A stretch of 64,000 nt of DNA from the human T2T-CHM13v2.0 reference genome, Homo sapiens. A program made the translations under genes and the position numbers. This document shows positions 1 to 15,169 of this stretch, piece by piece. The stretch's first letter is position 1; the number at the start of each line of letters is the position of its first letter. The stretch lies in assembly GCF_009914755.1 (NCBI RefSeq), contig NC_060928.1; one strand, 5' to 3'. Below the pieces are notes generated by a model. It had not been told where the DNA came from. It made no database searches and was given only the letters and a program-made list of their open reading frames with translations.

Positions 1-509
1 GATGGGCACATGAGGTCCTTTAATTAGTGTATCCGTTCTTATTCTTGCTGAACAGTCTCCTGAATAAGAATAAAAGTGACAAAATTAGACAACGTATGGA
101 AAAGGAAATCCTGGCTTTGCTAATTTTACCAGGGAGAGTAGCTAGGCCCTATATTTCTGGCTGGAATTCTCAAATGGGAGAAAATTCTTTTCCTGGCATG
201 TATTGGGTAACAGTTGTTTGTGTACCTTGTAGCCTAGCCGACTCTGTCAAAGGTAATCCTCCCAGTGCAATAATCCTCTGCTTTCAAAGGCGAAAATTGT
301 GTAAATTGAATTTTACAGAAATCTTTCTTAAATTTCAAAATTATTGTTATTTAAAACGTATATTTAACTTATTTTTGCATTGCAAAATTGGACATAAAAA
401 CAAACCACAGTCTGGCCCCAGGTGAGGTAGGGAGAGGATTGTTAGGGGAAGTGTGCACAGCCCATAATAGGCCCTGTCATGCCAAGCTTAGTTATTTCTG
501 CAGTAAGGC

Positions 510-1055
<546 letters not shown>

Positions 1056-2516
1056 TTTGGGTCTCAGGATATATCTAGCAGTTAAGTTTCACAGTCATCC
1101 CTGAGAAGAGATCTTATCAGGATTCATCTAAACATGGAAAATATCAATGACCTAGAGAGATGAGTTGGAGCCTGGTCTCTGGATGCTGGGATGTTAGCTG
1201 GAGGCCTGGGGCCCTTGGGGATTTTGCTTTCAAACTGAAGTGGCCCCGATGTTTGCACAGTCCGATGGGCAAAACAGAGCCTATTACCTGGCACCTGATC
1301 TTTTCAGTGGTGAATTCTGTGGTACATAGGAAACTGGGGTTGTGGCATGTGGAATGGTTAGGACCTCTCAGAGCTGGAACCATGGGGAAGTGACTGACGA
1401 CAGCGGGAGATGAACACAAAATGATCTGAGGCCCACGGGAGGAGCCTTGAGGTTCGTTGAGGGAAAGAGGAACTGCAGATAATGGTGAGATTTCAAAGGG
1501 CCAACCAGGGACACGGGAGATGTCTCCAAAATCAAGGAAGAGTTGCTTGGAGCCCAAAGGAAAAAGCTTCAAGAGTCAGGGAAGAAAGTGGCTTTCTTAT
1601 CTAAGATAGCCTGGAGTCTGACAAAGCAGTGGGCCATGCCTGGAGTGAAGGTTAGACCGGGGTCTCACGGGGCTCAGAATTTGATCCAATCTAGCAGCAG
1701 TGGCAGCTTTTTAATCCAACATCATACCCTTAAGCAGCTCAGCTCAGCAACAGGCACCTTTTAATGGAGACCTTGAAATATCATCCAAGTAAGGAACCAT
1801 CGGGAAATACAGACCAAGGGCAATTACCCTGAGTATTTTATAATATAGCTAGAACGTTGATCACTGTTCCTTGTTTGTGAGTTTTCTTATTCCATCCATT
1901 TCCTTGTTGGAGATTTTAATCTGTAAATGAAAAAGGCCTGCGTGCCTATTTTCAGGCACAGCAAAGACCGAAAAGCTGGGTGGGGTGTCCTACTCCTTAG
2001 CCAGGCTGAGAGAAAGGAAATTGGAGAAGTAGAGAAAGTGGCAGCCCATTAAAGGAAAGAGAAAAAAAGAAGAGGCTGGATTCCTAGGAGACTGTGCTAA
2101 AAGTGAATGAATGCACGCAGAGCTAGCCCTTGAAGCAGACAGGAGTCCAAGGGCAAGTGATCTATTTATTCTTGATTGCCTCAATCTAGGCACCAAAATT
2201 GGACAAGAAAGATGACTAATGGAATGTAATGAGTTTCTATTTCAACAATGCCCAAATAGGCTTCTTTAACTTGGTTCATCACGAATAAAGATATTAATTG
2301 AGAAAAACTAAAATAACACTAAAATAAACTAGAATCAAGCTGATGATGAGCATATATATATGTAAGTAACTGCGTTACATAAAATGCAGCTGTGGATTAT
2401 GAAAATCATCAAGCTCCTCTTGGTGTCTACAGGATGGAGTGGCTGAGTCTCCAGCCTTTTCTATGGAGCAGAGCCTCCCTCCACCTTGGACCCATGCTGC
2501 TTTGCTCTATCTATAG

Positions 2517-2733
2517 CAAAGACCATACCCAGTCATTACTCCAAATGTTAGGGAGGTCATGCAATAGCATAAGTTCACTTTCATTTTATTGATAAGACAT
2601 GTAAATGCAGTGCTGAAACATAAAGTGACTTGCTCCAAGTCAGTGGGTCCCTCTCTGCCACTCCACCTATTCTCATGAAATACTGAGATATTCACCTGAC
2701 CCATACATATAGTATGACTGGGTATGGTCTTTG
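2517..2733. mobile_element. Probable MITE / non-autonomous DNA transposon relic (family not identified)
   Basis: Perfect 20-bp terminal inverted repeats caaagaccatacccagtcat (2517-2536) / atgactgggtatggtctttg (2714-2733); no clear TSD. Confidence 0.65.
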
Positions 2734-3804
2734 GTCATCATGCATCTCTCAAAAATGGTAGAGCTGCAACAGTGCCTAGGATCTTCCTGCAGTTACTTAA
2801 TGGCAGTTTAAAGCTGTCTGTCTTAACTCATCCTTTCTGCCGTAACTCCTGCTGCTGCTCTCCTTTTATCATCCAGCAACCTCTATCTCTTTGAATTTGT
2901 AAATTCAGTTACTATATAAGACAGCTCAAGCAGTAGACACTCCTTTCCATGGAATCAAGGCACAATGGCTTTTTCTTTCAAGTTTCACACTCTGTATTTG
3001 ATAAGCTTCATTTCTGTCCAGTGACCTCAGAGAGTGGACAGTGCAGTACTGCTTGCCTGGCTTCCCCATTAATTTCTCAGAGCTGTTCCTCCCCAATGCT
3101 TAAGTGGAGGTCCACATTGTCCTGGACCCTGGAGCTTCACCCACAGTCATGTAGCCATAGGGTCCCTGTGACTTCCTGGGTCCCATGCCGGGGTATTCAA
3201 GGCCTCAAGCCTGTCCCTGATTCCACGATTACCTCTTATTGGCCAGTGTCCACTGTCGGTGGAATGGCTGCATGGCCATCATTAGCCACATACTGAGAGT
3301 TCCGTGATCTTTCCCAAACCGTAGGCGTCAGTGGTCTCTCCAGTTTTTACTCTCAGCACATGGTTTACAGTGTATGAGTGAGAAACAATGAAACTAGCTA
3401 CTAAGAAGCCTCGCTTTAGTCTAATTTTTTTCTTCGTGTAGATGTGCAGGGCTTTTTTTTTTTTTTTTTCCTTTTCAACCTTGTTGTCATTTCAAAATAT
3501 TCCTTTTTTCAGTGGCTTCCGGGCAAAGAAGATTCTAGTCATGCATCCAAACCACTCCTGTCCCAGCAGAAAATTCCTTTTCAACACTTTAGAATCTACT
3601 TTTTCTGGTTATATTAGCCCTGAGGTTCAGGGCTTTTGAAATTTCCTTTAAAGGAACGCATACTAAGGGTAAGGTGAATATCTCAGTATTTCATGAGAAT
3701 GGGTGGAGCGGCAGAGAGGGACCCGCTGACTTGGAGCAAGTCACTTTACGTTTCAGCACTCCATTTACATTTCTTACCAATAAAATGTAAGTGAACTTAT
3801 GCTA

Positions 3805-4165
3805 TTGCATGACCTCCCTCATATTTGGAGTGTTTTTAAGTCAAATATACAGAGATTGAGAATAAAATAGTGGTAACCAGGAGCGGGTTGGGGCAGGAGG
3901 AGGAAATGGAGAGATGTGGGTCTAAGGATACAAAGTAGCACATATGTAGGATGAACACTCTTGAGATCTAATGTGCAATCCGAGGACCACAGTTAATAAT
4001 GTTGTATTGTGGTGGGGATTTTTGCTAAGTGAGTAGATTTTAGCTGTTCTTGCCACAAAATAAAAGACTGTGAGATGATGGATACTTTAGCTTCTCTATA
4101 GTAACCATTTTACTATCTATATGTGTCTCATAACATCATGTTATATACCTTAAATATATATAATG
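3805..4165 (+). mobile_element. L1MA-type LINE-1 3' UTR fragment
   Basis: 'gagatctaatgtgcaat...ttttgctaagtgagtagattttagctgttcttgccaca...aacatcatgttatataccttaaatatata' matches L1MA 3' end. Confidence 0.8.
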
Positions 4166-4173
4166 TAATGTAA

Positions 4174-4177
<4 letters not shown>

Positions 4178-4216
<39 letters not shown>
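4178..4216. repeat. (TG)n microsatellite
   Basis: Pure TG run of about 19 units at the L1 tail. Confidence 0.97.
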
Positions 4217-4220
<4 letters not shown>

Positions 4221-5409
4221 AATCCCTCCCAGCTCTAAAATTTGCAACTCCAAGGTTGCATGTTGGAAATTGGACAACTGAGTCGTTAAAAATAGGTATT
4301 TTCCCTTCACATCCCACCCTATTGATTTCTCTCCTGGTGCCTGTTCAAGCTTCATGCTAGGGTCTACCGGTTCAAAGAGGAGCATGACACATGAAGTCAG
4401 TCTTGTCACTGCTAATTGGTGTCTTACATAGATAAATTATCTAGTTATCAGGTGTCTCTTCATTTCGTGACAACATAGCATCAAGAAAGTTCGTTAAGAA
4501 TGCGGAGAAAATGTATTTTTATATTCACAGTTATTTTTTTAGGATGAACCATCAAGCTTTTGAGGGACAGGAGCTGATTTCAGAAATTCATCCTTCACTC
4601 CTAGCATTATGGTAGGATTTCTATCTTTGTTTTATTCTGTCAAATGATGGATTTTTGTATAATGACTAAAAGGACTGTGTAAAATGCCATTGTAGACTTC
4701 AGCACAAAGGTACTGACATCTTTTCCTTTGTGGTTTAGAAGCCTGAAGTTTTGTGCAGTCCTACTGTCATGGGGCATGTCTCAGAAGTCACTGCCAAGCT
4801 ACACCCAGGTTGGGCTGGTGGATGACACTGACAGCCCCGTGTAAATAAGTTTCTAATATTGTTAATGATGACTTAAACACCCAAATATATTTGCTTTGTA
4901 TTTTGTTTCCTTGCACTTCAGAAAATATGCCGTTGAGAACAGCTCGATGGAATTTCATTCAAACTTTCTTGACTTTACACCAGCAGCATTTTCATTTCAG
5001 CTTTAACCTACTTACTATTTTTTTTCTTTTCAGTAAACAAATATACTGCCTTATGTTGAGGCGAGGACTTGGGAGGAGTTTCAGGAAAATCATTCTTCAC
5101 ATTTTAGAGGTTGTTTGTAATAACTTTGCTTATGCTATAAAAATGTTAATAGCTTTTGAAGAATAAAAACCCCGTAATAATTGCTCATCTATAAGCAGAG
5201 TCTTACGGTTTTAGCTGCAATCTGTGGTCCCGAGTGGGGAAAGAGTAACATAATACCTTCTATTTATGCATGGTTTATGAACTGATTTGCACAAGGGACT
5301 TTGTATTTGTAAAAATGCATCTCACTTGCTATGCATTTTAACCATTTAATATTTGATTTACCAAGAGAGCAAAATTTTGTTTTTAAAATGCAGCAATATG
5401 ACCTTAGAC

Positions 5410-5487
5410 TGTGTGTGCGTGTGTATGTATGTATATATATGTGTATATATATATATACACACACACACACATATATATGTATATATA
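5410..5487. repeat. Compound (TG)/(TA)/(CA) microsatellite
   Basis: gtgtgtgcgtgtgtatgtatgtatatatat...acacacacacatatatatgtatatata. Confidence 0.9.
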
Positions 5488-8236
5488 ATTAAGCCAGTCT
5501 TAAAAGAGTTTCAAAAGATGACTTTGTAAGAAGATCAAACCCCAACTACAGGTCCTCAGGCATTTTAGTAACTCATAGAGCTTAATTTCCATTTCTCTTG
5601 TGATAACATAAATCATAATAAGAGTAACAAAGAATTTCCTTAATGAATTGGTTGAATACAGTGTACATAACATTGAAGAATGTTTCCAATTCTAAAATTT
5701 GGAAGGATGGTGTTTAAAGGCACTGTCGTTAGTTATCTCAACAGGTGGTAGCTGGTAATTGATAATTATATTTAAAGTATGTGTATTCATTGTGGTTGGT
5801 AGTAATACAGCATTTTTATCCGCAGATCTCAAAGCATGTGTGAATAAATATGCATTATTTCCCTATTTTAAGTAGCCAGAGACTCACTGAACGTTAATTA
5901 GATATAAGCAGACAGAGAAATTTCATGTCCGCTGCTTGCTTGATGCTACTAAAAAAAAAAAAAAAAAAATCTTCCCAGAGACTGAGGTGAAGAACACAGT
6001 GTACCTGATCTCTAAATAACTACTGTTCAGGGGCATGGCTCCAGCCCCAAGCGAAGCCCCATGAAGCGCAAAATGTCCCTGCACACGTCTTCCACCAGGC
6101 TCCTCACACCTAGGCTCGCAGAGCATTCTAGCAAGTCTTAGGTCAGAAGAGACCTCAGGGACCATGCTTCTGAGTCCTTTCCTATTACCTCTAGCTACTC
6201 AGCACGTGCACTAGGATGGGGACGTGACGTTTCCTCCATCCTCCACAGCACTTCCTTCTGAACCCTGGCGAACCTCTTGATTAGGAGAATATTTGTTGGA
6301 ATACGTACTGTGTTGTAAACTCTTTTCTAGGTGCTTGCAATAGAGCAGTGACCAAAACAGACAGTCACTGCTGTCACAGCGCTGGCGTTCCAGGAAGGAA
6401 AGATGGTCTGTGCCGAGCATCCCTCTATTTATTCACAGCTTTAACCTCCCCATCTGCACCCTTCCTACGCAAAGCAGGGTGTCCTACCTTCTTCAGCAAA
6501 GGCTTTCCCATCCCACCTATCCCCATCAGATGGGGAAATATTTCTGAGCTTTATTTTCTGGAGTTTGTATTCTTTTAATTTTTAAATTTTGTGTTATGAA
6601 AACAATAGCTATATTAAATACAGTTTCTCAAACTATATATATATATATATCCCCCTTCTACCTCCTGTTCTCCGATAATTACAGCACATGAAGAGGCAGG
6701 TTTCCCCAGCAACGGAGTGGGTGCAGCCCTGCCTCATAATTCTCCTGACCAACAAGTGTCTCTCCTGGGCCAGACCTGAGGGTCTCTAACACTCAGTGGC
6801 TCCCAGCTCCCAGGCCCAAGCTTGTTGTATGCTGGAAGGAGGGGAAGGTTGACTACCGGGGCCTCCTTGTGTTCCAGGGTCAGAAGAACCTCTGAAGAGC
6901 TTCCTATTTTTTCTTGTTCTACATCTTTGTTCCCAGAAAATTCCAGAAATGTTTTTCTGATTCTAGTTCCCCAACCTCCATCCTCTTTCTTTGTTTTCCT
7001 TGGTATCTCTGAATGTTCGAGGGGGTCTAAGCTATTCCCGAGGAGGGTGCCTGACTCATTCTGACCAAGTCCTACCAGACCAAAAAGTACTGGTCTTGGG
7101 AGCTGCAGTTGAGTCAGATTAGCTTTGATTGTCAACTTAGATAACCCCAGGAGAACAAAAAAAAGGAACGCGTAGAGGTATTTATCTTTGGCCCACAGCC
7201 TCTTCTAGCATGCATAATTATGTCTGTTATTATAAATATGGGCCAGCCAGCTTTGTGATAAGTCTTGCTTGAGTACACTAAACTCTCTGCCTCCGTGCCC
7301 ATTTGCTCAGCTTTATATTTCACGGGCAGCTGCTTATGACCTTAAAAAGTGCAGAGAACCCTGGCCAGCAGTAGAAGGTTCTGGCCAAAGGGTGATGCCC
7401 AGGGCAGGAATGTTCCTGCCTCTCGCCCCATGAGGTCCTCTCAGCTGTTTCAGGAGTGCCTCCTCTCCTAGAATAGCAGTAACATGCAGCTGATGACTGC
7501 CAACAACATCATGCTCTTGGTACCAGGGTGGGCTCTGGAACAGCTGGCATGCTTGTACATCCCTGACATTCCGAGCCTGGGATGCACCCGAGGTTAAGGA
7601 ACCAGCAGACTCCCAAAGAATTATAGAGTGGCATGCAGTCTCTGCCAGCCATTTCTAAAGATCTGGGTGTGAGATGAATCTGCAGAAGGGAAAATAATGG
7701 CTGGAAAGCACCTGAAATTAAGTTGGCTGGAGTCCTGCCTGGTTTGCATATTTTTTGTATGTGCCTGTGATATGCATTGAAAATCATTTGCCTAAACTTC
7801 CTGCTAACTAGAGGTACAATTAAACACTTCCAATTCAGGAGTCCCGTTCCCCATACTACAGGCATCTCTAGCTGTTTTGTTTTATCTTGTTTTGAGGTCT
7901 TTGGAAAAATTAATTGTTGGTAGCGTATATACAAATGTCTATTCCGGGAACTGGCGTCTTCACTCCTCTGTCCTTCTGGCTGAAAGGGCTCGGATTTCAC
8001 TTTTATTCAGGGCCGTAACTCTCACTTCTCACTTGGCCACCGTGTTGGTCCTGGAAAGAATCCTCTCCTTCATTTCAGCCGAGGAAAGATTAAGGAGGAA
8101 AGGGAAGAGGTACTGGAGCACTTGCTACCCCTATTATCAGATCAGATATATGGGAACTTTAGCAAAATGTCTGTTGTATACCTATTATGTACACCTAACA
8201 AACTGGTGATTGTCCAGACATTAAAGACATATATAC

Positions 8237-8496
8237 GGACAAACGCGTTGGCTCACACCTGTAATCCCAGCACTTGGGGAGGCCAAGGTGGGCGGATTAC
8301 AAGGTCAAGAGATGGAGACCATCCTGGCCAACATGGCGAAACCCCACGTCTACTAAAAATACGAAAATTAGCTGGGTGTGGTGGGAGGCTGAGGCAGGAG
8401 AATCACTTGAACTCGGAGACCAAGGTTGCAGTGAGCGGAGATCGCGCCACTGCACTCCAGCCTGGCAACAGAGTGAGAGTCCATCCAAAAAAAAAA
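8237..8496 (+). mobile_element. Alu, AluSc-like, with internal deletion in right arm
   Basis: 'ggtcaagagatggagaccatcctggccaac' is Sc-type; TSD aaagacatatatac (8223-8236 / 8494-8507); the ggcgcgcgcctgtagtcccagctactc segment is absent. Confidence 0.93.
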
Positions 8497-8506
8497 GACA
8501 TATATA

Positions 8507-8847
8507 CATGAATTCCCCCCTTCTCTGGGGGTATGTGTTCCAGGACTTTCAGCAGATGCCTGAAGCCCTGGATAGTACCAAACCCCATACACACCATGTG
8601 TTTTCCTATACTGTAATGGGTGGGTAGCTTATATGGCATGGATATGCTGGACAAAAGGAGGATTCACATTCCTGGCCCGATGGAGCAGGATAGCATGAGA
8701 TTTCATCACACCACTCAGAGCAGCACGCAACTTTAAACTTACAGATTTTTTATTTCTGGAATTTTCCATTTAACGTCTTTGGACCATGGTTGACCTTGGG
8801 TAATTGAAACCACAAAAAGTGAAACTGAGGATAAGGGGAGACTCTTG
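8507..8847 (-). mobile_element. MER44A (Tigger7-derived, TcMar-Tigger) non-autonomous DNA transposon
   Basis: Reverse strand reads 'tccccttatcctcagtttcac...ggtcaaccatggtcc...aaatggaaaattccagaaataa'; degenerate TIRs, TA flanks, about 340 bp. Confidence 0.85.
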
Positions 8848-10164
8848 TAGACATGACAGCCTCAGAAGTGCACAGGAGAGGGGTCTCCAGGCTTCCAGAT
8901 CACCCAGAAGCCGCTCCAGGGACCTGAAGCCAGAGATGTTCCCACCTTCCGTGCTCAGCCAAACAGGAGCCGGAGAGCCCCAAACAGCGGTGAGGGAATG
9001 ACAGAAATTCCCGGATGCCTCCCACTAATTTCTCACAGGAGAAAGTAAGACTTCCAGGCATCTATCCTGGATAGACGTCCACACATGATCCCACACTGGC
9101 ACTGTTCTGCATGGTGGCGGCTCCTGGCCTGCCAGGCAAACCACCCTGTGTGCATTAGGGGTTAATTTGACTTGGGAACCTGACCGACGTATGCTACAAT
9201 TTCAGTGGGAAATGTGCATTCCAAATTCCTACAAGACTGCCTCAAAACAAATTTCTGAAATGCAACCTGTTCGTAAGTTGTGGCTTGCCTGCATTTAATA
9301 CTTTTTTGGCAGCACCATACACTTACAAAACTGTATGCTGCTTATGGAAGAGGACATTCTGGAAACCACTTAAAATTCACAGAAGTTTGGATTCTTTCTC
9401 TAGCATATATTTCATTTATTTTCTTGCTGTATATTTGACACGTGGTCACTGTTACAGCTTATCGTCAAGCAGATATGCCAGCACTATCTTCCCAACTTTG
9501 GGTAAATTCTTTTACCAAAGGACAATGTCCTAGGTGACAAGATATTTCCAGTTTTTTCCCATTGAACAAAAAAAGGAATCACTTTAGAAGGGACTGTTCT
9601 CTTTCACTTCAGAGGAAACTGCAGATATGCAACATCTGGTAGAAATCCCTCGGATTCTCTTGGATGTAGGCATAGGCTTTTGCTCCAACTATCTGGGATG
9701 GTTTTCTCTTGGTTAAGTCACTCTTTACGCCTTTCGGCTTTTCCAGCTTTCCAGGCGTCTGATTTTTGTTATTACTGTGTTTCAACTTGGGGAGTTGTGA
9801 CACGAGTGGTTGATTCCTTTATCGGCCTTAGTAGCCATAGGAGCAGAGCTGGTTTAGGGGTTTAGGGTGTCTGACAAATGCAGAAACCTCCAAGTTCACC
9901 GTGAAAGCCTGGCTCCCTCATGGCACCTGTCAGTTCTTTCCACGTTAACAACCCTTGGATTGTCAGTCTCTCTCTCTCTCTAACCTCTGTCTTAGAGGTG
10001 AGAATACAGGCTTACTATCCACAAAAGTTCGTTCATCCACAGAGCGAGTGGCCCCTGTGTTCTGAGGGAATAGTCGTACAGAGCACGGTTCTCTCCTTAA
10101 TCACGGTGCTACCTCCTGCCCCACACCTACTGCTAGTAATTATTTGCATGGGAGCTAAATTCAG

Positions 10165-10850
<686 letters not shown>

Positions 10851-11342
10851 GGCCAATACAAAAAAACCACTCCTCAGTATTCCCCCACTCTGCCCCGCCA
10901 TCTTTGGACCTCACTGGAAGCCAGTGGCCCTCATATTCTGAGTATTCCTGTGGGCAGGAAACATAGTTGTTGGGATGCCAAACACTTGTGCTTCTTATAG
11001 CTCTGAAATGCCTTGGGGGCACAGTAGTGATTCTGGATTGAAAGCATGTGGGCATCATAGGAAAAAAATATTAATAGGTTAAAAATGTTCTCCAAGTCTG
11101 TGATCTCAGATATCTCAAAATATATGTGGTTAGGCGTGGTCTTTCTGTGGAACTTGCAGCAAAAATCTACCTTCCCAGGCGGTGGTTCTTCAGGAAGACT
11201 GTAGCGTGCAATCTCCAGTGTTAGTAAAGACAGATGTTGTCTTGTGATTCTTCCATGCACCAATTCTGCAGTTTCTAAAGAGTAGCAGAACTGGCCTCGG
11301 TGTGCTCCAAGATTTAGAGTAAGAATAGCAGAGAGCAAACAG

Positions 11343-11519
11343 CAAGCTGGAACTACTACACATGTACACACGGGAGCCATCTCTCACAAGCTGGAACTAC
11401 TACACACATACACACGGGAGCCATCTCTCACAAGCTGGAACTACTACACACGACCACACGGGAGCCATCTCTCACAAGCTGGAACTACTGCACACACACA
11501 CGAGCCATCTCTCACAAGC
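11343..11519. repeat. 44-bp minisatellite (VNTR), 4 copies
   Basis: Unit caagctggaactactacacaNNNcacacgggagccatctctca starting at 11343, 11387, 11431, 11475 (last copy 40 bp). Confidence 0.95.
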
Positions 11520-11594
11520 AAACATGCTGAGCACTTGACCCAATGAGATACAAAAACCCTGGCGTTAGGAAGGAGGTAGGAGCTTTATCTGTGC

Positions 11595-11830
11595 TTGTGT
11601 TCATTCAGGCAGTGAACCATTTAGGAAAGAATTGTTGAGCACCTACCATGTGTAAGCACTGCTGTAGTCACTGAGGCTAGAGCAGTGAACAAAGCAGTCT
11701 AAAAAATCCCCTGTCCTCTTGGAGCTTACTGTTTAGGGGAACTTTATCCCAAGGGCAAAGAGAAGCATTGAAAGGTTTGATACAGGCAAGTGACATGACC
11801 AGATTCACATTTGCCTTGGCTCACTGTATT
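11595..11830 (-). mobile_element. L2 relic
   Basis: 'ttgttgagcacctaccatgtgtaagcactg...gcagtgaacaaagcag...ggagcttactg' antisense L2 3' end. Confidence 0.65.
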
Positions 11831-12632
11831 GAGAAATCTGAAGGAAGGATTGTTTGGGAGGATAGTGAAGGAAGAAACGGGAGCAGAGTCCCTTTAAATG
11901 CAGGTCTAACCAACCAAAAGCTTCAACATGTTACACACTGTTTCCCCCAAGAACAAAAATTTCCTGAGATTTTTAGCTGTTGTTTAAAGATAACTAAACA
12001 AGTAATATATAATTATCCTGAGCTTTGTGCTTTACACTGAATAAGACATCATATTTCTGCAGTTAATACTTCTGAAATAACAAGTTTAAAGAATGCCCCC
12101 TGATAGACAGCTTTCTGCAAATACGCCTGCAGTTACTCTCATCACTCCTGCATCAGTGTGGTTGATAAGAAATGACAAACTAGAACATGTTTGGTTAAAT
12201 AGACCATCTGCCTATTCATAATATGGACATTAATTCTTATAAACAGTTACTTCAGCTGTGTGAAATGCCTGATTTCCTTTCATGATATGCTCATCCCTGG
12301 GCAATTACTTCTATTTCACATGATTTTGTAGTGGACCATACAAACTTGTTTTTCCCAGTGTAGACGTTAAATAATTTAATGGGAAATGTATACGGAAAAT
12401 GTATGTTAAATAATATGTATGTGAAAATATTTCAACAAGGTTACTCTGGTATGTGAATTAAGAAACTTTTCTTGATGAAGTAAAACATAAGGTTCAGAAG
12501 AGTGTGAATCTGTGAACAAGCCTAAACCTCAAAACATGAAGCAGTATAATTTTAATAGTTGTAAATACAGTGGTAGCAGACCCCACTGAGATTTGCTGTG
12601 TATTCTGTATGCAATATTAAACCCAGAGATGC

Positions 12633-13385
<753 letters not shown>

Positions 13386-14114
13386 TCTAGAGATTCTTAT
13401 AGCATCCTTTAGCCAAAATTCATTCGGAATTCTGGATCTTTTGGGGTCTTAGAAAAGTAATGTCGTGGCCGTATTGTCTGTTACACAGCAAAGTTAAGTC
13501 TGAGGCCATACCTGGCAATTAAACATGTTAACATTTCTTCCATAAAACTCATGAATATTCAAACTTATGGAGATAAAGAGGATAAGTCAGTACAGGTTAA
13601 GTTTTGTCACCAAATATATTTTCTTCATTCTGTTTTTATTGCTTTCTGCTTTCTGGGTTTTAGGATACATATAAGAGATTGTGGACCTGTAAAAGAATCC
13701 CAAAGGAATTTTGGAAAATTTTCAAGTCCAGCCTATGATATTTAGGCCAAGAAATGGCAAATATGTCTAGAAATAATAGCTACCACAACCAAAATATATA
13801 GGTTTCTTTTTTGTTTTCCATACACTAAGACTACAGGTGGCTTGGTTGACAGTGTTACTTTTAAATAAGATGAGACAATGAATAAATGAAGGAGTGAATG
13901 AATGTCAGGGTGAAGAAACAGTCTCAGGGTCTCATAAATAATGCCCTTCCCTTCCTCGTGTCTTGGCTGCTTTAGCCTCAGGATATGTGAGTCTGGGGTC
14001 GTCCGAAGCCTGGATCCTCCTCCAGCCATACTGCGACTGTCTATCAAAATGACTTCCCAAAAGTTTTCCAACAACTGAGTCATGGAGGAAGAGCTTTAAG
14101 AACTAAAACAAATA

Positions 14115-14458
14115 AAGCTCATTCCTTCCCCAAGGCCTTTGTAATTATTATTCTCTCTGACCAGAACGTTTTCCCCCATGGCTGATTCCTTATCATCTTT
14201 TGGATCTCAGGCCAAATGCAACGCCCAGGGGAACCTGCCCTATCCACCCAGCCTCTATGCCCTTACTCTGCTGTGTGTCCTCATCACCCTCTGAAATTCT
14301 TGTGTTCACTCCCTTTTGATCGGAATCCTTCACTAGCAGGGGTGCTCTATTAGGGCAGAGCCTTTTTGTTCCGAGATGAGTCTCTTAGGACCTGGGGCAG
14401 TGACGGGCAGACAGCACTCAGTAAGTATGTATTGGGTGAATAAATAAGTGAAGGAATG
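14115..14458 (+). mobile_element. L2a 3' end relic
   Basis: 'aaggcctttg...ggatctcaggccaaatgcaac...gcactcagtaagtatgtattgggtgaataaataagtgaa'. Confidence 0.7.
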
Positions 14459-14817
14459 TTTCCCTGACTGTCGGTGCTCAGTGAAGAGCTGACCTGTGCC
14501 TACGGACTGAATCATCTTTTCATTTGTAACTTTTAACTATTGTAATTCTAGATAATGGTGATGACTGTATTGTGAAAATTATTAAAAGTTTTATAAAAAT
14601 ACAAACACAAGTACCTTTTCTCCCTCTCTTTTTTAATTCAGTTACCTACCGCGGTGACTCATTCATACTAACATCTGAGTCTGTGTCAGAAACAAGCAAG
14701 AGAAAACAGAGGCAGAGATAAAGGAATGATATTATAATTTTTGAACAGCTCTTTCTTCTAGATAAATGTTCTTTGTATAAAAAATAAAATCTCCCCAAGA
14801 ATATTCTTAGACTTTAA

Positions 14818-15169
<352 letters not shown>

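Noticed and set aside
27-425. 132-aa ORF and possible micro-exon (ag|tctcctgaataag...caac|gtatgg)
   Set aside because: No recognisable protein, non-ATG start, weak splice context; cannot be supported without expression data.
7942-7950. Perfect GAS motif ttccgggaa, plus scattered AP-1 TGA(C/G)TCA sites
   Set aside because: Isolated short motifs are expected by chance in 64 kb; no supporting cluster.
11343-11519. CRISPR-like repeat/spacer appearance
   Set aside because: The variable parts are homologous CA-rich sequence rather than unique spacers; primate DNA, no cas genes. It is a minisatellite.
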